Origin: Lama glama
Taxonomy: Eukaryota
Assembly: GCA_028534125.1 (NCBI GenBank)
Contig: CM052817.1
Span: forward strand, 75,766,001 to 75,830,000
Direction of reading: 5' to 3'
DNA length: 64,000 nt
The position numbers and the translations under genes are program-made. The notes under the pieces are model-generated. The model saw only the letters and a list, made by a program, of their open reading frames with translations. It was not told the DNA's origin and made no database searches. Each line of letters begins with the position of its first letter. Positions within the stretch are counted from its first letter, which is position 1. Positions 39,851-53,014 of the stretch are shown in pieces.

Positions 39851-42800
39851 GATTTTTTTTCAAATAGAAAAATTAATTTCTCCAAACTAAGAAATTGTGT
39901 TAGACTGTATTTTTTTCAGTGTTTCACTTAATTTTTATCTTTCTTTTATCATAAATTTGCTTACAGAGCCTCCTAGGAATATATATTTTTAAAAATTTTA
40001 CTCTCACTTCTAAAGTCTGTTAATTAGAGAAAATGTTGACCTTTATTTTCCACATGCTTTTTGAAGTAATTGAATAATGACTAGAAAATGATTAAATTTG
40101 AAATATTATTGGTTTTCAACTTCACTATAAAATTATACAAGGTGATTATCTTTTTTGAAGTCCATAATTCATATTAAAACTACTATAAATTTGACTTAAA
40201 AAATTTTACTGAATATCTCAGATAGTCTTTCTCAGTGATACTACTAATTTACTACTAATAAATAAGATAAGATGATTGACTTAAAGTAGTCTGAATAGCT
40301 TAAATTTAAAAAAATAATTTTTTAAAATAGGAAAAATACATATGTAGCAATAGAATAAAATAGAATCCAGGATTTGGAGAGTAGGGAATATCTTAATGAT
40401 TTCATAGCTGACCACTAGAAAACTGTAATGTAATGACCCCATTTAAATTCAAATGATAATAAACATTTTCAGGTCATGAAATTTTAGCATACAGGAATTA
40501 AATTCCCTCAATTATATGAAATTGTTTGAGTGAAATGAAAAGTCAGTCATAGGTGAGCCATGGGTGTAAGTGTAAGAGGAAGCAACCTAAAGTGTAATTA
40601 ACCTTTTCTACTATGTTATTGATGTGTAGAGTTTCTGATTGGAATTGTTTCTTTCAAGTATTTCTTTACAATTAAAATTTTTTTTTCTTATAAGTTGGTG
40701 TTCTGGTATTTGATAGGTAAATTCATCTATAAAATTAATTGTAAATCTGATAGTTTGAAAATAGATTGAGTTATTAGCAACATTTTTAAACTGCTGACAT
40801 TTTTGGATATTACATACACACTGTGAATGTGTATCAAGTGGAGAGTCTAAAAGATACACAGTTTTACTGAACCAATGATCTACATTGTAAGAAATAGATT
40901 TTGGAACATATGCAGCACACAGGTGAAGGAGACATGCTAGATTATAATTCTAATTATACCTGAAGTACTATGTTACAGAATATTTATTGCATTTGTTCAT
41001 AATAATTTGTTTCACCATGATATAATTTTTTATAGATTCTGTAGGATCTAGTATATATTGATTATGCAGTAAAAGCTTTAGTCACAGAGACCAAGTGTCA
41101 GGGATACCTTTACTACATAAAATGCAAGTATTTTTTAATGCCAGATTATTGCCAATAAAGGGTATCCTTTCAATTGTTTGCTCAAGTGATATATATGGGA
41201 TATAGGCAGGACTGGAATTCTCATGAAAAGAGTTGTATAACATTCAGGTCAAAATTGTCATATTTTTGAGATAGAGAAGAAGATATATAATCTTGTAAGA
41301 AATGATTATGTATAAATAGTTCAAGTAGTGAAATTTAACTTTTTCTCAATATTGTGATTGTACTTATAAGAAAGATGACTTGATGGTATTTATGCTCATT
41401 TGAACACATATATTTAAATAATCCCATGGATTTTTAATAAAGTAATAACACAGAGACAATTAAATAAAGATTGAAGTAGGAATCTGTCACCGCCTCTTAA
41501 ATTGTAATATTTAATCTTCCAACATGCCTTCATTTGTTGAGTTTCTAAAAATAGTGTTAGACTTAGTCTACAGTTAGAAATCTGTCTATAATTTTTCAGT
41601 TCATATTCAATACAACAAAATTGTGACGGTCTTCGACATTTGTTGCTATTTTCAATGACTTATAATTGTGGGAGAGCTTAAGAGAAATGAATAAGAAATG
41701 AGAGCAAATGATTATGAAGTCCAGCTTTTGAATCTTGTTTTCTCTCCCTTGATTCAGAATCACTTTTTCTGCTAGGGAATTGCAAACAGTACTCCTCTTA
41801 CCAATTGAAATCTGCTATTAATTTTAAACAGCATGGTTTATTCTTCAACTTGTTTTTAGATGATATAAAGTATGTGACTTATCTGAGCACAGACATGCAT
41901 TAAGAGCTCCTTGGGTGCCAAATGCTTGGGAAATATTTCATTATTTTGTGAACTACATTACTTGTAAACAGGTTTCATATTTTGTCCATCTGTGCATCCC
42001 TCATGGCAGTTGTTATGCCATGTAACACTCGTATAACATATATTGATCGAAATAAATCTAGTTGAAATGAATTTAAATCAAATAAGATAATGGAAGGAGG
42101 AATTATTAAGAAGTATCTCCAAAGCAATTTATGCTCCATGGGAGTATTGAAGGAGAATATTAGAGTAGAAAATAATTGAGAATAAAAATCTGGTGGTATA
42201 AGCCATATCATAGGATGGTAAAGGAGAATATATGTTTCATTGGCTTGACAAAGTTACTAAACTTATAAATTGCCAAAATGAAGCATACCTTGAAAGACAA
42301 GCAAGAGAATTATTTAATGAAAATACATAAGCTCATTTAGGCTAGACTGAAGACTGTTTTCCAATGCGTTTTTTTTTTCTGTAAAGGAATTAACATGATT
42401 TAAGAGTAAGGCTTTCATTATATGTTATTCAGGCATATGATGTTTATTACTTATTCTGGTAATGAAGATATTCTCAGAATTTTTTGAGTGATTTATATCG
42501 AATAAAATTACACTGCAAATAAAGAAGGACTTTTGGCCCTCTTATACCCCAGTTGAGGCTAAAGCATTCTATCTCATGTATAGGTAAATTAAGAATCTAG
42601 AACTTCTAGATGAAGCATCTAGAACTATCTAGTAAGTATCATCAACCTACTATACTGCTAAAGTCCTGAATGTCCCATTATCAGAAGGCATTTTGAGGTG
42701 AATGAAAAATAAGCTTTCAGTAGTGGATAAAGATAAATATTTTTAAAGCAAACCTTCATTAAAGCTTAGGATGTATTTTAAATTTTATAATTAGTTTGGA

Positions 42801-43309
42801 TAAGTTAGAATATTGTATTATTTTAAAATACAAATAATAAATACTGTTAATGTAAATACAAAACACAAACTAGCAACATAAATAATCTTTAAATTTCAGC
42901 ATTAAAAAACTTCAAAATCATATATTATTTTGTATACAATCTGTTGTAGCCACCATCCCAACATTAAGGTATTCATTCATTTATTTTTACATTAAATGTG
43001 GAACTTGGTTTTTCCAGAAATAGAGAAAAGAAAAGAAAAAAATTAGAGTGATTCTATGGTCTCTGTGTCACAGCTTTTATTCTTAGGTTTCAGCTTCATT
43101 AAGTTTAGGCTGAATAATACAGGAGCTGAAAAAGTGTTAAATCCACTGCAGGTTTGATGATACTTCAAATTCTGTACGTGCACATTCACTGTAGATTCCC
43201 TGTTCTTCACTGATCTGCTGGCTGCCATATACTTTCAAAGTCCTCAGCTGGGAAAGTATATTCAAATGAGACTTATAATCAATACTAACACAAAATAATA
43301 TGGATTTAA

Positions 43310-43650
43310 TAAATCAATAGAAAATTAGCACTTCAGTAGAAGAATAGATCAAAATTTTGACAGATATATCATCAAAAGAAACATACAAATAGCAAATAAA
43401 CCTTTAAAAAGTTAGAAGCACCAACAAAATTTAAAGGTTTCGTCAGTCAAATTGTCAGTGATTATTTAAAAATGCTTATGCATATTGTTTAAAATATTGA
43501 AAGAATATCAAAAGTGTTTTGGGCAATATTGTTGATATAATGGTTCTTAAAATCAAATGGCAATATTATTATATTAAGATGCTTTAAATTGTTTTGATGA
43601 ATAATTTCAATTCTATATGGAATCTTTTATATAGAAAATATTTAGAATAC
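43310..43650 (+). mobile_element. Very old L1 ORF2 3' relic
   Basis: 'caaaagaaacatacaaatagcaaataaac' and weak downstream similarity. Confidence 0.5.
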
Positions 43651-43714
43651 AGCTATAGCTCCTACCCAGAATGTAGGCTCAATCTAAAGAATAAAAAAAA
43701 AATACTTATTGCTC

Positions 43715-43890
43715 GTACAATTATAGCTCTTACAGTTTTTACATAATCTTAACAACAGTCATAGGTGGCAGTATCATTATCACCATTTTTACACATGAAA
43801 GCTAAAGCTTAGAAGTATTATGTAGTTTAGTAGAGTCAACATATTATTAAGTCTTGGAGCCAAATTTCAGACACAGTTCTGTTTAATCAG
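43715..43890 (-). mobile_element. MIR SINE relic
   Basis: 'aatcttaacaacagtcataggtggcagtatcattatcaccatttttacacatgaaagctaaagcttaga...ggagccaaatttcagacacagttctgttt'. Confidence 0.75.
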
Positions 43891-46800
43891 ATGAACAGTA
43901 ACTAATAGGGAAAATACTAGTAGTCATTTTTGGTGGTTATTTTGATTTGTATTTGTAATAATCTTTGCTATACTTTCATTTTTGAAAATATAAGAATATA
44001 TGTCCTTTTCCAATATATGTTCCAAATATTTTCCCCAGTGAATATATCTTTGTATTATATTTATTTTCACATAGTTAATTTTACCATTTTTTTGGAGGAA
44101 AGTATATAAAGAGTGTGAACTAGGTGATCATAGATAAATGAAAATCATATATATATATTACATATATGTATATAGTTGTATGTGAAAACCAAGTATATGT
44201 ATATATGTAATATAGTTAATGTGTAAAGATCAAACAGTTGAAGAAAACAGTCAATAAAATTTTCATGATGAGTTGAATCTCTTCTAATTTACATAATTTA
44301 AAAATACAGTTTTTTGAGATTATAATTAATATGCATAATTAAGAAACCGAAAGAAAAATCTTATGTATTTAGAGAATAAAGTAACTTTGATTAAATGTAT
44401 AGAAAGAGACACTCTATTTAGATAATTAAACACTGCTTCTCACAAGTATATCCATTTATTTATGCTCTTTCAGCTTTTGTGTATATTAATATATATGCTC
44501 AAGTTCAGCAGAGCAATAGCCGGTAAAATCTTTAAGGAAAAAATACAGTAATGCATATTGACCCTAAAAATGGGATTTTTCCCTTAAAAGTAAGCTCATA
44601 TTGCATGGTGTTTTTAGTTCTTTTCTAAGAGTAAACTGTCAAGTCATTTCTACTCTACTCTAAGAAAGAATGATTGAATTCAGAGAGGGTCAGCCTAATG
44701 TAATCCATCAAATATTTAATATTAATAGTAGCTCTAAGCAATATATCAACCTTAGTTATAATAAACATAAATAGGAGAAAAACAAATGGATAAGACTTTT
44801 TTGAAATTCTCTTTTCATGCTTAGAATGAATTAGTCTCCATGCCTTCAAAAGCACATATTTTGAAGGTAATATCATTGTAGTGTTGTTTTTAACATGCTA
44901 ACCTTTTACTAGTGGAGAAAGGAGATTTTACAACTGTTTCTATGAAGTTTTAATTAGCATATAATTTATTAAATAGTAATAATTCTTGAAAATTATTAAA
45001 TCAAAATACTTCTTAAGAAATACAGAAAGGCAGGAAAAAAAGGCTGTTTTAAGCACCACAAGTCATTATAAAAGCTGGTAATGAATCTAAGGTTCTTAAA
45101 TCCTTCATTACATCTTGGTTTATGATACATCTTTTCAAAGTTAAAATGCCTATTTAACCAATTTTAAAATTTGAATAAAATATACACTAGGCTTTTCTCT
45201 GAAAATATGGATCATACGGTGGTAAAATTCAGTGGCTCCTAGTTAATACACCAATGTTATATCAAATTGTAAACCCTTAAATGGGAGTTTCAAAGGCCTG
45301 TATTTTCATAAGTCAGTCCATACTCTGCCAATTGATTTCTCATCCTTGGCTTTTCCCTGGAATTCTAAAGTCAAAATCAGTCTGCTTGGGAGATACTTAG
45401 AATGTAGCTGTGATGCTAGATTTAAAATGAAAGCCAAAAAAATATATATATATATATTTTTAAGTTGAATTGGAGTTACAGGAAGAATGTGATTAAAAAT
45501 GTTTGTTCCTCTGATATTACTATTCCTCTTAATTCAGATTAGTTACAGATTCCTCATAACCACCACTTTCTTGTTACAGAACTTGCTGTTTTAAACCTGA
45601 AATCTGTCAGAAAAATGACCTAAAATGATGCCTTGTACATATTTAATTGCTTTGATATTTATACAATTATTATGATTTTTTAACAGTTTTAGAGTTAGAG
45701 AAAATCATAAATTTATCTAAAATAAATTTACAGAACTTCAACATTAATTAGCTACGTTTTGATGATTGACCCTGAATATTATACATGATTGCACCTTTCT
45801 TGTGTATATTTTCATTTATCATAAAATTTAAGTTTTTACTTAATAAATATGCTGCTGAAATGTAAACTTCATGGTTGCAATTTGGGAAGAACTACTATGC
45901 AATTTTTCCAGTCTTTTAGAGTTACTTAGGTTTTCCCATGGGCAAGGTGGCATGCTATTCTGAAGTTGGAGAGGGAGCAGTTACAGAGAGTTCATGAAAG
46001 TGTTGTTCCTCCTCCTGTTTTTATTCTCTCTTACTTCTCTTATCACCATTTGAGGAGAGATGCTGATTTATTTAAAGACAATGGATTGAAATGTGATTAC
46101 CTGAGAGATACTGAATCAGTCTTGAATGGCCATTATGGATTGCACTGAAAGATACTAAGTGTATGTTTCTAGCTGAATCATAGTATCTTGAACCAGACAT
46201 AAACAAACTTATAATATTTATTCAAATTATATGTAGAAATGATATATATGTGTCAATACCTGCCATGGGAGTTTTAGGAAAAATTAATATGTAGACAAGA
46301 ATTGACATGGCTTTCTTTCCATCTCTCACTCCAGCTTCTCCCTGAAGCCTCTCACTAGTCACTTCCTAATCTAGAAATTGAGTGATTTCAAATGACATTC
46401 TCACTGTCCATTGTCCACCACTACACTCAATTATATGTACTCTCTACATGTGTGGTATTAGCCTCAGAGAGGAAGACCCTGAAAAAAAATCTTAAATTTT
46501 ACAATGATTTGTAAGATTAAAAACCCAAAATGTTTTATCTGAAATAATTTCTACCAACTCAATTTAAAGCTGATATTTCTGTTTGCCATCAGAATCATAT
46601 AGGCATGAAGCATATGGTTTTGAAATAATATGCTTAATGTCTATATTTGTAATAAATATAAGTATATATTTATTATATTATAATGAATATTTATATTTAA
46701 TTAAACAAGGTGTGAATAGAGTTTAATCATTCTGTGTATATTAGCTGTTTGAAAGGAGTGAACCAAAAAAAAAGCTTTATTCATAGTTTTTTCTGTCTTC

Positions 46801-47399
46801 TGCCATGTGTTTTTAGGTTTTATTGTGGTGTCTCCTCTTGTGATTCTACTGAAAGGGCTTAGATTATCACTTTTATTCCAGTGGTTAAATAATCTTCTAT
46901 AGTCTAATGACTGCTTCAGTTTACAAGGCTCTATTGAGCAACTCAACATTTCTACAAGCAAGTTAACATTTTTACTTTCAATGCACAAATTTTTTTAAAC
47001 AAAAAAACAAAAGCTAATATAATAGGTTTTTCTTTATTCCCAGTCCCTGCACAAACCCCTCTGCCCCATTTCCTAGTTACGATAATTGAAATGCCTTGAA
47101 GTCTGAGACAGTGGCTCTTGTATTTTTGGTTCTTCCTTCTTCCTCAGGACCCACATCAAAATGTGAACCACAGAATACTGTTTCATATACATGTAAGCAC
47201 CATATAAATATCAGGACTTCTTTCCAGACATAGTACTATAGCCTTCAGACATAATTCATAATTATACCTGGACAATAGAGCATGGGCAGAGAAAAGGTAA
47301 CAACCATGCTGAAATCTTACATTTATCTCATCTCCATAGATATTAAGTAGTCTCATAAAGCTTCAAACAATTGCATTACTACACGTAATCCACTGACAG

Positions 47400-47920
47400 T
47401 GTCTTACTCCAGCTTGACTTTTTCACAACTTTTCTTCCCTCCTCAACCTCCAGCACTGGGCTTCCAGCCTTACTCAGCAGACAGTCTTATTTCCTTCTTT
47501 ACTGAGGAAATGGATGCAATGAGAAAAGAATGTTTGCATAATCTTCTATCACAAATACCCAGCAGGTATTCTCCACTTTCACTTCTAGCAGAAATGAACT
47601 ATCTATCGTACTAAACAAAACCAGTTTATTCACTTGTGCTTTGGAGTCCACTGTGCTTCTCTACCTCAGGTCATCACTCTACCAATTCTACCTTATCTCT
47701 TCTACATCAAGTGTTTGTCATTCAAGACATTTCCATCAACCTAGAGTGAGACAAACAAGATAAAGCAAAAATAATTGCTCCCCTTTGCCTGAAAACTCTG
47801 TTACCTAAATGAGTTATTTGCACTTTCTCCATTTTTCTCTTTCCATGATGTGTTAAACTACTCTAAAGTTTTCACCCAGACCACTGCGCACAAAATGTTT
47901 CTGACATAGTCAGATATCTA
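47400..47920 (+). mobile_element. L2 LINE relic
   Basis: 'tactcagcagacagtcttatttccttctttactgaggaaatggatgcaatgagaaaaga', 'ttcacttgtgctttggagtcca'. Confidence 0.6.
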
Positions 47921-48949
47921 ATATTATTAGACTATTGTTGTCGTAAAAGATTCCACTTTTTAAATATCACTCATAATTAGCAAACTTGCTGAAATCTGAC
48001 ATTTGAATAATCTCTTCAAACAATCGTATCTGGCAGATAATGGGATTATCCCGTGACCTCAGCAAATGTTTGTTAAAACATGAAAAATGCTTTTACTGTT
48101 GTTTATACACATATAGAGTAATGAAGAAAAAATATAAAACTAGTATTTATTTAGAACATTTTAAACAGAAGCATTGAGTAAAAAATGTTTTATTGCTTAT
48201 TAGAGAATAAAGCTTTCATATTACTTTTCATATTAAATGTTTTTGCCTTCAGTTTCTTTCCATATAATTTATGATAATAAGCCTCGGTGAATTGTTGTAA
48301 TCTTTTATAAATTTAGATCAGTTTCTAATATTTCATCCTTTTAATTTCCAATGTCATGAAATATTACTGAGAGGTCTTTCACTGTGAAGTTTTGGGGCAG
48401 CATCAATTCTTCTGGGACATCTTCATTATTATTGTCACAATAGCTTTCTTCATTTATGTCCCTAAGTTTACCTTTGCTAATTTCCTCTAGTTGCATATCT
48501 AGAGTATCTTGAATCATGACAGTGTTAACATTCTCACGGTTATCTCTTTATCTAACTCCATTTTCATTCTATTTAAATACTGTAAAATTATTTGAACAGT
48601 ATTGAAAAGTTTTCTGCTATACCTCATATATATTATTACTTTTTACTTGCTGCATGAAGCTTACATATTTTCAGTTGCATACTTTATATCATATATATTT
48701 CCCCAAACCTTAGCTAAAGAATTGCATGATCCTCAGTTACCGCATCAATAGCCTATCTGAAAGCTTATATAAAATAGAGGGTTTTAAAAGTTGAAATAGT
48801 TGTTTGGTCCATTGGCAGAGTTAATGAAGTTGTACTTGGTGATAAAAAACACATTTGTGTATTTTCTTTCAAGGGCCTGAGGGAATCAGGGTGATCTGGA
48901 ACATTATCTCACTGTAGTGAGATAATGCTTTAAAATTTAATTTGTCGGT

Positions 48950-49265
48950 ATGATTAAAAAAACAAGAAGAAAGAAATTTAAAACTGAGAACTCAGCCCAC
49001 TCCTGCTGGGTTTGAATCTAAACAGAGCCACTAACTAAAGAATTAGGGTTGCCTTTAGAAGCTGAGATCACAGGTTGATTCTATAAGGAAAGTGAATCTC
49101 ATTCCTACAGTCACAAAGAACTGAATTCACCCGTAATCTGGAAGCTTGGAAGCCGACTCTTCCCTGAACAGCAGAGAGAAATGCAGCCCTCCAGACACCT
49201 TGACCTTGGCATTTGGTATCTGGAGCTGAATCAGGCTGACCTGGACTTCTGACCTTTAGAAATTA
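48950..49265 (+). mobile_element. MaLR LTR fragment (MLT1D/E-like)
   Basis: 'cctacagtcacaaagaactgaattc', 'gcttggaagccgactcttccc', 'gacctggacttctgacctttagaa'. Confidence 0.75.
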
Positions 49266-49594
49266 CTGCACCAATATAGCTCTAGTCCATCAGGATGGTG
49301 TATCTTAGAGGAGAAACCTGGACAACAGCAAGTAGAATAAATTCTCTCTTGGTTACTACTGGTACAGAATATTTTCCAGGGCAATATGGTAAGAAGCGTG
49401 GGCCTCAAGGATGTTAATATGTGGAACCTTCTCAGAAATCTTCCAGTAGATCTCCTGCTTCACTTCAAATATCACAGACAAATGAGTCCTTATTGCAGCT
49501 TGCCAGTACAAACTGATCCCATTTTTTTTCAGTACTACCTCCACCCCAAATTTAAGCCAACAGTCATCTCCATCTACTGAGAGACTAAGTAGTT

Positions 49595-50146
49595 TGTTAC
49601 CCAGAAATTGAGTTCACTTCTTGGTGGACGTGGAGCCAAAAGGCTCAACTAAATCAAAGATCGGGAGAAGGATTACTTGGCAAGTAAGGAGAACATCAGG
49701 TATCTTTCCCATAGCAGTGTCTCCGCCAACAGCAAAAGAGGGGAAGTTTTAAGCTAAGGGCACATGCATATTCATGAAGGGGCTTGGGCAGTGGACAGGG
49801 TCCAAGCTTTAGTTGACTGAAGTCCTAAGGGTCAGAAAAAGTCAACATATCATCCCTCAGGTTCCGGTTGATCTGATGGTTGAGAGCTTCAAGCCAATTT
49901 TTATTATTGAAACAGAACTGGGAGACTTTATGACTGCTGTCTTTGCTATTGTTACTTCTCTTGTTTGAAAACAGTCTTTTGTGTCTGTATTCTTTTGTTC
50001 TCTTAAGATCATTAATTACCGAGACCTGGTCAAGGACAAGTATTGTGGTCAGGCTTACATCACAAAATGGCTTAGGTCAAAAATGGCTTCTTTTGTGTCA
50101 AGAAAGCCATGCTTGGTTTTCTTTTCTTTCTACACTATCTGCATAT
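49595..50146 (-). mobile_element. ERV1-class solo LTR (cetartiodactyl-type), candidate TSD (T)AGTT
   Basis: Starts 'tgttacccagaaa'; 'gcaagtaaggagaacatcagg', 'cttttgttctcttaagatcattaattaccgagacctg'; ends 'ctatctgcata'; 'tagtt' on both flanks. Confidence 0.85.
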
Positions 50147-50991
50147 AGTTTTTAGGTTAGTTAATGTTGGTCCTCGGAACAGACTATGAATAGTACTCTA
50201 ACAAAGGATGCTCATAAGTAAATTTATGGTGCTAATTTGTCCAAAAAACACATATGAGGATACCTAACCTTATGTCTAGGCTTATAGAGAAGGAGTAACA
50301 GGAAACAAAACCCTTTGCCCAAGTACCTAGAAAAAATTAAAATTTGTAGCTATTTGAAAGGAAGACCATTGTTTTATATTTCCACTCATGAAGAACAATT
50401 TTCTTGAAAGGAGGTTTTAGTATATCTGAGTAACGGCTTCCTACAAATAAGGGAAAGTATGTAGGAAAGAGGTGAGGAGGATCTTAGACAACTTTTTCAA
50501 ACTCAAAACTAGTTGTTTTGAACTGGTTTTGTACAGAAAAATTGTAATCAGTCGCTAATTGTATGATTCAGATAAAAGTTACAAAAAGAGTCTTTGAGGA
50601 AATCATTGTGGATCAAGTCTTTAGGAGAAAATTAGGTCTTTTATATAAATACTTTCTAGCATTACCTCAAAAATAAGCAAAAATTCATAATGAGCAAAAC
50701 TGATTACCATATAAAGAAGAATCTCTAGAAAAAAACATAAAAATGTACATAGATACAATTAAATATTATTTTCATTTTTATTCTAAAAAAATTGTGTTTA
50801 TATATCTTTCTACTCTGGACAAAAATACAGTTGAAACCAGTGCTGAAACTATGTTATTGTTATTTATAACATTTATTTGAAAGCCAAATGATTGGTGGGG
50901 ATGATATGTCATTATTTTTAGGGCTCTGAGAGTCTCAAAAAGATTGAAATTATGTAAAGGTTTCAATTTAAAGTCACCTCTGCAGTGCCTT

Positions 50992-51545
50992 TGTTATCAG
51001 AGAGCAGGTTCTTGTCTTGTCACAGAAAGAATTCAGAAAGGAGACACAGAGGTCAAGAAAGCAAAGCAAGGATTTATTAAGCAACAGGTAGTACACTCTC
51101 AAGTGGACAGTGGGTAGACCCATGTGGGTAGCTGCCTTGAGTTTCTTTGGCAGGCTGGTTATATGGGTGTAAAAATGAATGGACAGAATATTCATTGGTG
51201 GAGAGGAATTCGGGGTCACCTTCCCTGATCTTCCTCCCAGCTCTACCTTCCCAAGGGAAGGAGGGATTTATATTTTTAGTCTTGATTGAGGCATTAGATG
51301 AGGGCATAATGAGCAAAAGGTTACATTCAGATGCTATAGATTCCTGTCTTGTCCTACCTGTCTTTGCCTCCAGGACACTTGTCAACTCAAAATGTATGGT
51401 TTCTTATCAGTTTGAGGTTCCTTCTTTTCTTGGTCTGCCCAAGGACCCCTCCTCCCCGACCATTGTTCACAGGATATATGGTTTCCTGCCATTTGGCTCA
51501 GGTCCCCTTTCTGTGCTCATGTCTAGCTACCTGCCTACTCCAACA
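50992..51545 (-). mobile_element. ERV1-class solo LTR, TG...CA termini, 4-bp TSD CCTT/CCTC
   Basis: 'tgttatcagagagcaggttcttgtcttgtcac...gatttattaag' (minus-strand AATAAA) ... 'gtctagctacctgcctactccaaca'. Confidence 0.88.
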
Positions 51546-51814
51546 CCTCCTAATAAGAGAGTTAAAATATCTTTAACTCCTTTGTGGCTACTTCACATTC
51601 CTTGTTTTCATCACACAAGTTCTTAATGAGGTTGCCTTCCCAAAGAAGATACAGTTCTAACCAACCCTAAATATTTAATGACAATCATAACTACCTACTG
51701 TAGCTTATCCTAGAATCTGCATACAAACTTTACAGCAGCATCCTTACATGTGCTGAAAGTTTCAACAGACAGTTTAGTATTTCTTAATTCATGCAGACTT
51801 TTGAAATGATGAAA

Positions 51815-51970
51815 CCAGCCTTTGTTGACAGGACAAGTTATCTCATTAGCATAAACTATCAGATGTAGTCTGAGGGGTTCACCATGAATAACAAAGACAC
51901 TCCTATCACGAGGGAAATTCCAAGGATTTAGAAGGTTACCTTCCAAGATCCTTAACAATGGCAGACTTTA
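51815..51970 (-). mobile_element. MER21-like LTR fragment
   Basis: 'atctcattagcataaac', 'atgaataacaaagacactcctatcac', 'ggaaattccaaggatttaga'. Confidence 0.75.
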
Positions 51971-51999
51971 GGTTTGTCTTTTTGAAGCCCATATTAAAC

Positions 52000-52760
52000 C
52001 AACTTTAATTCTATAGACTTTATATGTTAAGGCAAGTACTATCACTTTTATTTAAATTTTAGAATATTGTTGATTTCAAAAAAAAATCAAAAATGTGATT
52101 GGTATTGCATTGAATTTATTATTTAAATTGGGAAGAATTTATATTTTTATGATACAGAGTTTTCTTATCTATGAATAAGAAATTGCTCCCCACTTATTTA
52201 AGCTTCTTGGAATAATATTTTATATTTTTCTATATTGATCTTGCATACTTTCATTAAGCTTATTCTCAATTATCCTTACTTAATGTGGCTCTTGTTACAC
52301 CTTTTCGTTTCATTTAAACTGTTTCTTATTTGCAGAAATACAATTGAATTTTTTTTATATTATTTTAACTGTTACATTGTGAAAATATCTTATTAATTTA
52401 ATGGTATTTCTAGGACTATCTTTAAATTTCAAAATCAATAAATGTATCTATGAAAATAAGGTATGTTTTTCAATCTATCAAAATTGTAATTATTTTCTGG
52501 GTTTTAATGTTGTAGCTGAGTCTTCCTGTATTACTAATTGAAGCACTAAAATTTATTATTGTTTTCTTATTCCCAACTTTAAAAGTGATGATTTTAAACT
52601 TTTAGTTGAATTACTATGTTTTATGTTTGCCAACTTCCTTTTTTTGTAGATCTTTTATCAGGTAGGCAGTTTTTTTTTTCCTCCTTCCTTTCTAGTTTGT
52701 CAAAGAAATTTTAATTTAATGATTCAAGCATGAATCATTATTGAGGATTGTTACGGACTA
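52000..52760 (-). mobile_element. Ancient L1 ORF2 relic
   Basis: 'gattggtattgcattgaatttattatttaaattgggaagaatttatatttttatgatacagagttttcttatctatgaa'. Confidence 0.65.
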
Positions 52761-53014
52761 TTTCTGATACAAATAGCAGTTTTTGAATACATGTTTTCTA
52801 CATACATAAACACACACAGGCAAAGTTTATATCTTGTTTTGAGAGACTGAGTAAGGACTAGAGAAATCAAAGTTACTGTAGCCCTCTCTGAGGAGATAAC
52901 ATGTGGGTGGAGACTTAATGCGACATGCCAAGCCTTGCAAATATCAATTATGATTAAGTGGGTTATTTTATAATTTATTTTCCTTAGTGAGGAAAGGATT
53001 TCCTTTTTTAAAAA

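Noticed and set aside
41816..41840. Similarity to 811-838 (aatttt.aacagcatggttt) as donor of the filler in the first L1
   Set aside because: Match is only ~20-25 AT-rich bases and does not extend; likely chance
43043..43261. 61-aa minus-strand ORF with upstream acceptor-like 'ctttcccag' and a 10-bp hairpin (atatactttc/gaaagtatat)
   Set aside because: No recognisable protein similarity and no partner exons; these features are expected by chance
44145..44215. Inverted repeat tatattacatatat / atatatgtaatata
   Set aside because: Explained by self-complementary TA-rich low-complexity sequence
51147..51626. Longest ORF in the track (159 aa)
   Set aside because: Lies almost entirely within a solo LTR, antisense to it; no recognisable domain; consistent with a chance ORF in higher-GC sequence
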